A DNA stretch of 32,000 nucleotides from Candidatus Methylomirabilis oxygeniifera. GTDB taxonomy: Bacteria; Methylomirabilota; Methylomirabilia; Methylomirabilales; Methylomirabilaceae. Below the pieces are notes generated by a model, which worked only from the letters and a program-made list of their open reading frames with translations, searched no databases and was not told where the DNA came from. Below, piece after piece: positions 1 to 8,461 of the stretch. The stretch covers positions 2,074,376-2,106,375 of the forward strand of contig FP565575.1 in assembly GCA_000091165.1 (NCBI GenBank), given 5' to 3'. Numbering within the stretch: the stretch's first letter is position 1; each line of letters opens with the position of its first letter. The position numbers and the translations under genes were made by a program.

Positions 1-429
1 TCGCTTATCCGGCGGCACGATCAGGTTCCAGCTTTTCTTCATATCCGCCATAGAGAGCTCGGGAGGTGTGGGCGGGTCATGCTGGATGTAACGGGCCATC
101 AGGTCGCTTTCGGCGTCGGTGAGAATGCCTTGCCGACCCCAGTCCGGCATCCCGCCTCCCGTACCATTCACGATGAACGCTTTCAAAACCGGTGTAGTCA
201 AAGCGCGGGTTTTTGCCGGCAGAAGCTGCGGACCGGTTGCACCTTTTCTCAAGACCCCGTGACAGCCCGCGCACCGGTCGAAATAGATCTGCTTGGCCGC
301 CTCAAGTTCGCCAGGGGCCAGCGGTGGAGCCGGTGGAAGCGCCGGCGGCGCCTCCGCAGCCAGAACCGGAACGGTCCATAGCATGCCTAGCGCCACAGTT
401 AACACCGTCAACTTTGTTCTAGTCGTCAT
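1..429 (-). CDS. nirS: Cytochrome cd1 nitrite reductase (NirS), N-terminal 143 codons; gene continues past the left edge
   Basis: Edge-open ORF, absent from the supplied track. Reverse-strand ATG at 429..427 is directly preceded by AAGGAGAGGGC. My translation: MTTRTKLTVLTVALGMLWTVPVLAAEAPP (signal peptide) ...AAKQIYFDRCAGCHGVLRKGATGPQLLP...FIVNGTGGGMPDWGRQGILT... The CxxCH haem-c motif plus GMPxWG match the N-terminal cytochrome c domain of cd1 NirS. The frame stays open to base 1. Confidence 0.75.
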   Translation of the reverse strand, partial: MTTRTKLTVLTVALGMLWTVPVLAAEAPPALPPAPPLAPGELEAAKQIYFDRCAGCHGVLRKGATGPQLLPAKTRALTTPVLKAFIVNGTGGGMPDWGRQGILTDAESDLMARYIQHDPPTPPELSMADMKKSWNLIVPPDKR

Positions 430-773
430 GCCCTCTCCTTTCGTTAAATGGTATCCACAGGCATTCCACGGTTAGCGCGCTGTCAGACCTTACTCGCGAC
501 TCCACGTTGACTGCATACCGTTTATACTGCTCAACTGTATGCTTCTGTGACTGGTGAGCCTATTTGACACACTACCAAGCCGCATTGGGGGCCACTATCG
601 CACCGCCAGCGTCCGCCTGTCAAGGGTTTTCTTGGGCCGGACCGGACAACATATTTCGATTGAAAGCGTCTGGACAGCAATGGTAGGGTAGAGACAGAGC
701 TATACGCCGCTTTTCAGCATACAGCACCCGGAGGAACGCGAAGCCGGGAACGGACGAGTCATGGAGATACGAG

Positions 774-1832
774 ATGTTTGAGACCATCGAATGGACATCG
801 GCAGGCATGGTCCGGCTTTTGGATCAACGCCGGTTGCCGGCGGAGGAAGTGTATGTGGAGTGCCGCGATGCGGCGGCGGTCGCGCAGGCAATCCGGTCGA
901 TGCAGATTCGCGGAGCCCCGGCGATCGGTGTGGCCGGCGCCATGGGCTTGGCGTTAGCGGCGCAGTCGATTCAGGCAAGCAGTTTCGAGGAGTTCGATGC
1001 GGAGTTATCGCGCCATGGCGAGGCGCTGCGCCGGACCCGCCCTACAGCCGTGAATCTGGCATGGGGGATCGAGCGGATGCTGCGGTGCGCTCAGCAGCAT
1101 AAGGCCCTCCCGATCGCCGAGCTCGTTGAGGCCCTCATTCGGGAGGCGCAACAGATCCGGGAGGAAGACATCCGGGACAACCGGGCGATCGGCGCATACG
1201 GCCAAGGACTGATCCCCGATGGAGCCGCCGTCCTGACTCACTGTAATGCCGGGGCCCTGGCAACCGCCGGCTATGGAACCGCCCTAGGAGTGATCCGCGC
1301 GGCGCACGCGGCCGGGACCAGACTGTCGGTGTGGGCCGGTGAGACCAGACCGTTTCTGCAAGGCGCCAGACTGACCGCCTGGGAGTTGCAGCAGGACGGC
1401 ATTCCGGTGACGCTCATCACCGACAATATGGCGGGACACCTGATGCAGCGGGGCGAGATCGATCTCGTCATTGTTGGAGCCGACCGGATCGCTCGTAACG
1501 GCGACGTGGCGAATAAGATCGGAACCTACACCCTGGCCGTTCTGGCGCAAGCGCACGGGCTCCCGTTCTATGTCGCAGCCCCCCTGTCCACTCTGGATCT
1601 GTCGCTTCGCGACGGCGAGGCAATCCCGATCGAGGAGCGCGATCCCAAAGAGGTCACCGATTGGGCCGGTGTTCGGACCGCACCGGTGGGTGTGAGGGCG
1701 AGAAATCCCGTCTTCGACGTGACACCACACCGCTATATTACCGCCCTGATTACCGATCGGGGCATAGTCCGGTCCCCCTATGACTCAGGCTTATCCGCAC
1801 TGACCGGGATCGGCCCTTCGGGCAGGGTATAG
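774..1832 (+). CDS. mtnA: S-methyl-5-thioribose-1-phosphate isomerase (eIF-2B alpha/beta/delta family)
   Basis: 352-aa ORF with family hallmarks: [46 protein letters not shown]. The stop codon lies inside the heptamer repeat at 1824..1865. Confidence 0.9.
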   Translation: MFETIEWTSAGMVRLLDQRRLPAEEVYVECRDAAAVAQAIRSMQIRGAPAIGVAGAMGLALAAQSIQASSFEEFDAELSRHGEALRRTRPTAVNLAWGIERMLRCAQQHKALPIAELVEALIREAQQIREEDIRDNRAIGAYGQGLIPDGAAVLTHCNAGALATAGYGTALGVIRAAHAAGTRLSVWAGETRPFLQGARLTAWELQQDGIPVTLITDNMAGHLMQRGEIDLVIVGADRIARNGDVANKIGTYTLAVLAQAHGLPFYVAAPLSTLDLSLRDGEAIPIEERDPKEVTDWAGVRTAPVGVRARNPVFDVTPHRYITALITDRGIVRSPYDSGLSALTGIGPSGRV

Positions 1833-1865
1833 GGTATAGGGTATGGGGTATAGGGTATGGGGTAG
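1824..1865 (+). repeat. Six tandem copies of a G-rich heptamer (RGGGTAT): AGGGTAT x3, GGGGTAT, AGGGTAT, GGGGTAG
   Basis: Read directly from the sequence. It spans the mtnA stop codon (TAG inside AGGGTATAG) and the first ATG of the next ORF. Six G3-4 tracts separated by 3-4 nt loops fit the G3+N1-7 G-quadruplex pattern on the + (mRNA-sense) strand. Confidence 0.9.
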
Positions 1866-4149
1866 TCGATACCCTGGATTCTATGCGTTACGTTCTACAC
1901 ACCGCTTGGTTATAATACTCTCCGCCTTTTTGCTGGTGCTGCTGGCGCCGTTGCACGCCACCGCCCAGGAGGCGTCGGTCGGATCCTTATGGCAAAAGGC
2001 GCTCGAACACATCGAGACCAACGATAACCAGGCGATACCCCTGCTCGACGATCTGCGCCACCGCGAGGGCTTCTCCAGGGCGCACGAGGCCCACTTCCTC
2101 CTGGGTGTGGCGCTATACAGACAGAAGCAGTGGCAGGAGGCCGCCGACGTATTGGAGGCAGCGGCCGCGCAGGAACCGCTGCTTGGCGACTATGCCCTGC
2201 ACTATGCCGCATCTGCCTACCAAACCCTTGGTCTGAACGCTCAGGCGCTGGCGGTGCTCTCACGTCTGCTTCATGAGCACCCGGACAGTCTGCTCACCGA
2301 ACGAGCTCGACAGGAGCGTGCACGGCTCTATCTCGGCGCAAATCAGCTTACGCAAGCCGAGGAGGCATACCGGGATTACCTGGCTCGCGCTTCGAATGAG
2401 GCGAGACGGCGAGAGGCGCTACTTGCACTGGCGGAGATCGCCCTGAAACTTGTCCCCGACCCCGATCGGGGAGCAGATAAACGACGGGAAGCCGACGCGT
2501 TGTTACGCGAGCTGTGGCTCAAGCATCCGGGAACCTGGGAGGCTGCGCGGGCCGGCGAACTCCTGGCCTCGATGGCGGAGGCGCCGCCCTTCACGGCTGA
2601 TGAGCAGTTCGAGCGAGCGCTCAGTCTGTACCGCAGCAGTCAGTACAGCCTGGCAATTACTGCATTTGCGCCCTTCTTAGACGAAGGCTCTCGCCCCTTC
2701 GACGGGGGCCAGGACAGGTTTACCTCGCGCGCAAGACTGTGGAGCGGTATCAGCCATTTTCAACGCCGGGATTACCGCCTGGCCATCAGCCTCTTGTCGC
2801 CTATGGGTCAGGACCGCTCGCTGTATTCGGCGGAAGCGCTGTACTGGATCGGACGAAGCTATGCCAGAGTTGATGACCGCGAACAGGCTGTCATGGCGTG
2901 GACCCGCCTGATCGATATCTACCCAAACAGCCCCTTCACTGCGGAGTCGCTCTACCTGATGGCGCTCCAGCACATCGACAACAGCCAACCGAAGCGGGCA
3001 ATACAAACCCTGGATCGGCTCATCAGAAATTACCAGTCGAGCCGGTTCATCGACGCCGCGTTGTGGGCCCGGGCCTGGATTCATTACAGGCAGTCGGCGC
3101 TCAAACGAGCACTCGCCGATTTACAACGACTCCAGGCGAGAGGTGCGTCAGATCCGCGATTTCAAGTGCAAGTCCTGTATTGGCAGGGGCGGGTCTTTGA
3201 AGGCCTGAAAAAAAGAAAAAAGGCAACGGAGACGTACCGGAGGCTGCTCAGTATTCACAGCGACGACGACTATTACGCCGAACAGACGTATCGCCGCCTC
3301 AGGACGCTGGGCCAAAGGGCCGCGCAGACTCGCATGCCTGTCACGAGGCGGGAGGTAGGAGGCGGGAAGCGGTTGGAATCTCCACCCGCCACCCTCCAGC
3401 CCATAGCCTGTTCTTCATCCCCTGTACCCTGCTCGTCAGGGGTCGCAAAAGCTAGGCTACTCACGGAGTTGAAACTGGGGGAAGAGGCATCGGAGGAGTT
3501 CCGGGCTCTCGCCGGGAGGTATGCGGACGACCGTGGGGTCTTATATGAGGCCTGTAGCGCGTTGCTTGACTTGGGATATCTCGAAAAAGGTGTGCGGATC
3601 GCAAAGCGCCTCCTTCGCCCACTGTACCTACAAACTCGACCCGCTGAGCCGATACCAGGGTACTGGGAGTGCCTTTACCCGCTTGGATATTGGGAACTGG
3701 TACAAGAGCAGAGTGCGCGTTATACCCTTGATCCGTACCTGGTGGTGGCACTGATCCGGGAGGAGAGTGCGTTTGGTGAACGGGTCGTATCATCTTCCGG
3801 GGCCGTCGGGTTGATGCAACTGCTCCCCACAACCGCTAACGGCCTGGTCAATAATACGGGAAAACCGGTGGAACCGGTGAAGCTCGACGTACCGCCAACT
3901 AATATCGCGCTCGGCACTCGATACCTGGCAATGATGATCAAGGAGTTCAAGGGCAATCGGGCCAGGGCGTTGGCCGCATACAATGCCGGGCCGAACCAGG
4001 TGCGCCGATGGTTAGAACGGTTGGGGGATCGAGTTGATGATGAGTTCATTGAAGAGATCCCATTCGCAGAAACAAGAGCGTATGTAAAGCGTGTTCTTGG
4101 AAGCTATTATCGCTACCGTACGCAGTATGGCAAAGAATCAGGTGGTTAG
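1843..4149 (+). CDS. Soluble lytic murein transglycosylase (Slt70-like: TPR/superhelical N-domain + C-terminal SLT lysozyme-like domain)
   Basis: C-terminal SLT motif LIREESAFGERVVSSSGAVGLMQLLPTTA ... AYNAGP. The N-terminal part is long, helical and repeat-rich. Signal-like segment VIILSAFLLVLLAPLHATAQEA. Start uncertain: the ATG at 1843 lies in the heptamer repeat, and an in-frame TTG at 1906 just before the hydrophobic core is an alternative. Confidence 0.85.
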   Translation: MGYRVWGSRYPGFYALRSTHRLVIILSAFLLVLLAPLHATAQEASVGSLWQKALEHIETNDNQAIPLLDDLRHREGFSRAHEAHFLLGVALYRQKQWQEAADVLEAAAAQEPLLGDYALHYAASAYQTLGLNAQALAVLSRLLHEHPDSLLTERARQERARLYLGANQLTQAEEAYRDYLARASNEARRREALLALAEIALKLVPDPDRGADKRREADALLRELWLKHPGTWEAARAGELLASMAEAPPFTADEQFERALSLYRSSQYSLAITAFAPFLDEGSRPFDGGQDRFTSRARLWSGISHFQRRDYRLAISLLSPMGQDRSLYSAEALYWIGRSYARVDDREQAVMAWTRLIDIYPNSPFTAESLYLMALQHIDNSQPKRAIQTLDRLIRNYQSSRFIDAALWARAWIHYRQSALKRALADLQRLQARGASDPRFQVQVLYWQGRVFEGLKKRKKATETYRRLLSIHSDDDYYAEQTYRRLRTLGQRAAQTRMPVTRREVGGGKRLESPPATLQPIACSSSPVPCSSGVAKARLLTELKLGEEASEEFRALAGRYADDRGVLYEACSALLDLGYLEKGVRIAKRLLRPLYLQTRPAEPIPGYWECLYPLGYWELVQEQSARYTLDPYLVVALIREESAFGERVVSSSGAVGLMQLLPTTANGLVNNTGKPVEPVKLDVPPTNIALGTRYLAMMIKEFKGNRARALAAYNAGPNQVRRWLERLGDRVDDEFIEEIPFAETRAYVKRVLGSYYRYRTQYGKESGG

Positions 4150-4171
4150 GCTAAAGACTGAAGGCTGAAGG

Positions 4172-5377
4172 ATGACGCTGGCAGGCAAAAAGATTGTGCT
4201 GGGTGTGACCGGGAGCATCGCCGCCTATAAGGCTGTCGAGCTGGTGCGGGCGCTTACTGCGGCGGAGGCCAACGTCCGGGTCGTCATGACCGCCTCGGCC
4301 CAACGCTTTGTGACCCCCCTGACACTGGCCACGCTCTCCCGACAAGCGGTACTGACCGACCAATCGGCTTGGGAGGCTCAGATGCCTCACCTCACCGTAG
4401 CACGCAAAACCGATCTGCTCCTCGTCGCTCCGGCCACGGCCGGCCGGATCGCCAAATTTGCTCATGGGCTCGCCGACGATCTGCTGAGTACCCTCTTTCT
4501 GGCCTGCACGCGGCCGGTGGTCCTGGCACCAGCCATGGACGCGGAGATGTATCGCCACCCCGTCGTCCAGGACAACCTGGCGCGGCTACGGAGCTGGGGA
4601 GTTCGGATTGTCGGCCCTGCAACGGGGGAGTTAGCCTCGGGAGTATGGGGTCCAGGCCGGCTGGCCGAGATCAGCGAGATTGTGCACACCGTCGACGAGA
4701 TACTCGGTCGGCAGCGCGATCTCAGCAACGAGGTGGTCCTGATTACTGCCGGCCCGACGCACGAGCCGCTCGATCCGGTCCGCTACCTGACTACCCGCGC
4801 TTCCGGCAAGATGGGGTATGCCTTAGCGGAAGAGGCGGTTATGCGAGGCGCACGCACAATTCTGATCAGTGGCCCGTCCTCCTTGGCGCCACCCCACGGC
4901 GCGGAGTGCATCGTGGTCGAGACCGCCCTGCAGATGCGCACGGCGGTGCTGGATCGGCTGGCTGAGTCGACGGTGATCATCAAGGCCGCCGCAGTCAGTG
5001 ACTACCGCCCGACTCACCCGGCCGAGTCAAAGCTCACGAAATGCGATGCGCCCATGATGTTGGAGTTAGCACCAAATCCGGACATCCTGCGCGAGATCGG
5101 CACACAGAAGGGGGCGAGGATTGTGGTCGGTTTTGCGGCGGAAACCGGTGAACTTGTGCAACGGGCTCGCCACAAGCTGTCAACCAAGCACCTCGACCTG
5201 ATCGTGGCGAACGACGTGACCCAAGAGGGCGCCGGTTTCGCCTGTGAGACCAATCGAGTGATCATCCTCGATCCGGATGGAGGGGTCGAAGAGCTTCCGC
5301 TGCTTCCCAAGCGGCTGGTGGCGCAACGGATCCTCGATCGCGTAGTGAGCCTGCGGCAACAGAAAAATAGGGTATAG
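4172..5377 (+). CDS. coaBC: Bifunctional phosphopantothenoylcysteine decarboxylase / phosphopantothenate-cysteine ligase
   Basis: N-terminal flavoprotein motif KKIVLGVTGSIAAYKAVELVRAL. C-terminal CoaB part ITAGPTHEPLDPVRYLTTRASGKMG ... AAAVSDY. 401 aa is the typical Dfp size. GAAGG lies upstream of the ATG. Confidence 0.92.
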   Translation: MTLAGKKIVLGVTGSIAAYKAVELVRALTAAEANVRVVMTASAQRFVTPLTLATLSRQAVLTDQSAWEAQMPHLTVARKTDLLLVAPATAGRIAKFAHGLADDLLSTLFLACTRPVVLAPAMDAEMYRHPVVQDNLARLRSWGVRIVGPATGELASGVWGPGRLAEISEIVHTVDEILGRQRDLSNEVVLITAGPTHEPLDPVRYLTTRASGKMGYALAEEAVMRGARTILISGPSSLAPPHGAECIVVETALQMRTAVLDRLAESTVIIKAAAVSDYRPTHPAESKLTKCDAPMMLELAPNPDILREIGTQKGARIVVGFAAETGELVQRARHKLSTKHLDLIVANDVTQEGAGFACETNRVIILDPDGGVEELPLLPKRLVAQRILDRVVSLRQQKNRV

Positions 5378-5396
5378 GGTGTAGGGGTTAGGGTAT
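5369..5396 (+). repeat. Second, degenerate copy of the G-rich heptamer repeat (AGGGTAT AGGGTGT AGGGGTT AGGGTAT)
   Basis: Read directly. It overlaps the coaBC stop (again ...AGGGTATAG) and runs into the TAGGAGG ribosome-binding site of the downstream UDG gene. It has four G3-4 tracts. Confidence 0.8.
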
Positions 5397-5409
5397 TAGG
5401 AGGCGCAGT

Positions 5410-6144
5410 ATGATTGAAATCGCCGGTCCCGAGATTGACGAGCTTCGCGAGCTGATCGGTCAGACACGCGCCCACGTTCGCAGGCAGCAACGCTTGGGTG
5501 TGGAACGTCTGTACGTCGCGTGGCCTGAACGCGCGGAGGGGCTTCCTGAACCATCCCCGACGCTTACCAAGGTGCGGGAGACGGTGGGGGAGTGCACGCG
5601 GTGCAAGCTGCACAAGGATCGGAAGCATATCGTGTTCGGGATCGGGAACCCGAAGGCCTGGCTGGTCTTCGTTGGGGAGGCGCCAGGGGCGGATGAAGAC
5701 GAACAGGGCGAGCCGTTCGTCGGACGAGCCGGACAGTTGCTGACCAGGATCATCGAGGCGATGAAGCTGACCCGCGAACAGGTGTATATCTGTAACATCG
5801 TGAAGTGCCGGCCCCCGGCCAATCGCAACCCGGAACCGGATGAGATCGCCGCCTGCGAGCCGTTCCTGGTCGCACAGCTTCAGGCTATCCGGCCGAAATT
5901 GATCTGCGCGCTGGGCACCTTTGCGGCCCAGACGCTCCTGCGCACCAGGGAGCCGATCTCGAAACTACGTGGGCGATTTCACGACTATCATGGGATCCTG
6001 GTCCTGCCCACCTTCCATCCCGCCTATCTGCTGCGTAACCCGCACGAAAAGAAGACGGTCTGGGAGGACATGAAACTTCTGATGCGGGAGTACGAGCAAC
6101 TCGGTAACACGCGGCCTCTCGCCTCAGCGCCAGAATTCTCTTGA
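5410..6144 (+). CDS. Uracil-DNA glycosylase, family 4 (Fe-S type)
   Basis: Motifs GECTRCKLH ... [27 protein letters not shown] ... HPAYLLR. RBS TAGGAGG lies 7 nt upstream of the ATG. Confidence 0.9.
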   Translation: MIEIAGPEIDELRELIGQTRAHVRRQQRLGVERLYVAWPERAEGLPEPSPTLTKVRETVGECTRCKLHKDRKHIVFGIGNPKAWLVFVGEAPGADEDEQGEPFVGRAGQLLTRIIEAMKLTREQVYICNIVKCRPPANRNPEPDEIAACEPFLVAQLQAIRPKLICALGTFAAQTLLRTREPISKLRGRFHDYHGILVLPTFHPAYLLRNPHEKKTVWEDMKLLMREYEQLGNTRPLASAPEFS

Positions 6145-6197
6145 CGATCCGATCGAGATAACACAATTTAATACACAATACTCGAAGGAGGTGTGAC

Positions 6198-6527
6198 ATG
6201 TTCAAGCCTGGATGGTACACGTGGTGGTACGGCGGCGTCATGACCTGTCTTGCGACCGCCCTATTTCTCTTCCTGTCAGCTTCGGCTGACGCCGGTCTGG
6301 TTTCCGGACGCGTCAATGATGCAAAAGGGACATTTCAGTCCGGAGGAAGTTTCCGCGTAAAAGATTCATCCGGCAAGGTGATCAAAGATTCCGTGAAAAC
6401 AGATGAGTCGAAAGGGTATAGTCTCTTCCTGCCTCCCGGTATCTACACGGCGGAGTTCAGCGATGGCAGAAGCGCAGTCATTCAGAGCCATCCGGAGCCG
6501 ATACGGCAGGACATTCAGTTAAAGTGA
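6198..6527 (+). CDS. Small secreted protein, carboxypeptidase-regulatory-like (beta-sandwich) domain candidate
   Basis: Strong RBS GAAGGAGG 7 nt before the ATG. Hydrophobic signal VMTCLATALFLFLSASADAG. The pattern SGRVxDxxG...V...G...TDxxGxYSLxLPPGxY resembles CarboxypepD_reg-type domains. The domain call is from memory only. Confidence 0.55.
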   Translation: MFKPGWYTWWYGGVMTCLATALFLFLSASADAGLVSGRVNDAKGTFQSGGSFRVKDSSGKVIKDSVKTDESKGYSLFLPPGIYTAEFSDGRSAVIQSHPEPIRQDIQLK

Positions 6528-6542
6528 GTGCAGAGGAAGGCC

Positions 6543-7517
6543 ATGCCACCCGATCATGAAGGGGGTTTCAGTCGCGTCCTGCACGTGATCGATACCATAG
6601 CCAAACTTGCCACGCCGGTAGCGGTGATTATCGCGGCATGGGTAGGCGCTCGCCTTGCGAACTCTTTCCAGCAAAGAATGGCGGAAACTACATTGCACAG
6701 TCAGCGACAGATTGCGGGCACTACCCTGCTCAGTGAGCGGGAAAAGGCCGAGAGCGAGCTGCGGGCCTCCATGTTTAACAGTCTCATCAATCCGTTCGTC
6801 GGATCCCAGGGTGGCGAGCAGATTTCTGCCGATCGGGAACAACTGTTGGTAGAGCTGCTGGCTCTCAACTTTCACGAACACTTTGAACTGAAGCCGTTAT
6901 TCGAGCGCGTAGATCAGAGACTCGCCAGGGAAGGAAAGCTGGAGGCGCGTAGCGCGTTAAGGTCGATTGCCGATCGAATTATCGATCGGCAGACAGCCGC
7001 GCTGAGCAAGGAGGGGAGTAGTAACAGCTCAACAGGGGATGGGGCGAGGATTGACGTGTTGACCATTACCGAACCGCCGCGAGCCCCCGGCCAGAAGGCG
7101 GTGTTTGAGTTGCTTGCAGCCAACGAGCAACGACCGTTTCAGATTGTTGGAACATTGAAGGAACCGATCGAGGATCTGAAATCGCCCGATGGAGCCCAGA
7201 AAGTCACGATCGTCGTCGATGACGCCGATTGGGCAAACCAGAAGTTTAAGATCCAATTGCTTATGGTCGGCACCAAGTCCGGCTTGGTGAACTCCAATAC
7301 GGCATTTACGCTCAGCAGGTTCGATTTTCCACTGACCGACAATACCCTCTTTTCAGATGGGAACCGCATCGCGTTGGCTGTCTCAAGCATTCGCGTTGAT
7401 GGGGTGCTCAAGAGTGCGGCTCTCAAGTTGATCTGGTTCCCAAAAAATTATTTTACGCCGCGGGAGCGGCCGCTGGATTACGCCGAGTTTCTGAAACTGG
7501 TAGGAAAGAAAACATAG
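6543..7517 (+). CDS. Hypothetical N-terminally membrane-anchored protein (no recognisable domain)
   Basis: ORF 6528..7517. I prefer the ATG at 6543, which follows GAGGAAGG. One N-terminal TM helix (IAKLATPVAVIIAAWVGARLA), then a helical region and a probable beta-rich C-terminal half. G+C is lower than in the flanks. Confidence 0.55.
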   Translation: MPPDHEGGFSRVLHVIDTIAKLATPVAVIIAAWVGARLANSFQQRMAETTLHSQRQIAGTTLLSEREKAESELRASMFNSLINPFVGSQGGEQISADREQLLVELLALNFHEHFELKPLFERVDQRLAREGKLEARSALRSIADRIIDRQTAALSKEGSSNSSTGDGARIDVLTITEPPRAPGQKAVFELLAANEQRPFQIVGTLKEPIEDLKSPDGAQKVTIVVDDADWANQKFKIQLLMVGTKSGLVNSNTAFTLSRFDFPLTDNTLFSDGNRIALAVSSIRVDGVLKSAALKLIWFPKNYFTPRERPLDYAEFLKLVGKKT

Positions 7518-7574
7518 GGTGTTCGTAGGTATATCATGCCCAGGCGTGACCATAAGAGAAAGGAGAAGTATAGG

Positions 7575-8270
7575 ATGACAAGAAGGGCGCCAGTCTTTGT
7601 TGCTATAGTGCTGAGCTTGGCCCTCACGGGATGCCGGATGAAGAGCGATATGAATCTCAAGGCTGCCAAGGTAAGCTCCTCAGCCGTCTACTGCCTCTTC
7701 GATCCATCCTGTGCGGTAACCGTCATCGACAGTAGTACCACTCCCATCCCGATGCAGGCTGGGGGAACGGCTTTCCTTCAGTCCCGCACCTTCACGGGTA
7801 AGCCTGGTACACCGGCGAGCGGTCTGTACGGGTATGAGTACCGGATTGATCTCGAGAAGGCCGTTCAGACCAAGATTCAGGTCGAGGAGCTCGGTGAGGA
7901 GATCACGTACATGCCTTGTCTGCGGTCTATAACGTTTGAGTTCGGTCCTATCATCGATACCTTGGATTACGATAGCGATGGGAAGGCCGGAGACCTGGCC
8001 TATGTCGTGACGAGCGGCGGTCCTGGAAAGATAGGCCTGGGATCTATAGAGCGGTACCACGGCCTGCTTACGTTTATCTTCGACTCTCCCCTCTGCGTCG
8101 GAAGTCCCCAGGGTCAGGGCGATAGTACCTTCGTCTTCGGCCTTGCCTCCGCAAAGCCGCCGAGGTCCGTCGAGTCAACTATCAAGGAGACAGCCGGTTT
8201 GGGCGCGGCATCACCAAAGATGAAGAAAAATATCAAATACAAAGTGCAGGTCCATGCGCCTCAGATTTGA
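7575..8270 (+). CDS. Hypothetical lipoprotein
   Basis: ORF 7536..8270. An internal ATG at 7575 follows AAGGAGAAG and gives MTRRAPVFVAIVLSLALTGC, a signal peptide with a lipobox (L-A-L-T-G-C). No recognisable domain. Confidence 0.6.
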   Translation: MTRRAPVFVAIVLSLALTGCRMKSDMNLKAAKVSSSAVYCLFDPSCAVTVIDSSTTPIPMQAGGTAFLQSRTFTGKPGTPASGLYGYEYRIDLEKAVQTKIQVEELGEEITYMPCLRSITFEFGPIIDTLDYDSDGKAGDLAYVVTSGGPGKIGLGSIERYHGLLTFIFDSPLCVGSPQGQGDSTFVFGLASAKPPRSVESTIKETAGLGAASPKMKKNIKYKVQVHAPQI

Positions 8271-8461
8271 GGCCAGCCATCAGATGACACAAGCACCTGT
8301 GGCGATCAGGCAGAAAATCTGATCTGGCGCAAGACCCAGGCCGACCGTGGACCGGTAGCGAATAACCGTCACCGGTCTACGGTCGGGAAGCCACCTCCAG
8401 GCGGTGCTCGCTTTTACTACAGTCCTTTACAGATAAAGGCCGCCTCAGCTATAGTCCGGGT

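Noticed and set aside
430-773. FNR/DNR/NnrR box (TTGAT-N4-ATCAA) upstream of nirS; I also looked upstream of both nod genes.
   Set aside because: Only weak half-site matches were found (e.g. TTGAGcagtATAAA on the - strand near 520..533; TTGATtcagTCGCA inside the nod element). None is good enough to call by eye.
5014-5628. 204-aa - strand ORF spanning the coaBC/udg junction. Similar antisense ORFs lie in slt (2677..3084, 3461..3832), priA, nadE (13228..13674) and ftsH (27878..28525).
   Set aside because: All overlap confidently identified + strand genes and have Arg/Ser/Pro-rich composition characteristic of antisense frames in GC-rich genes.
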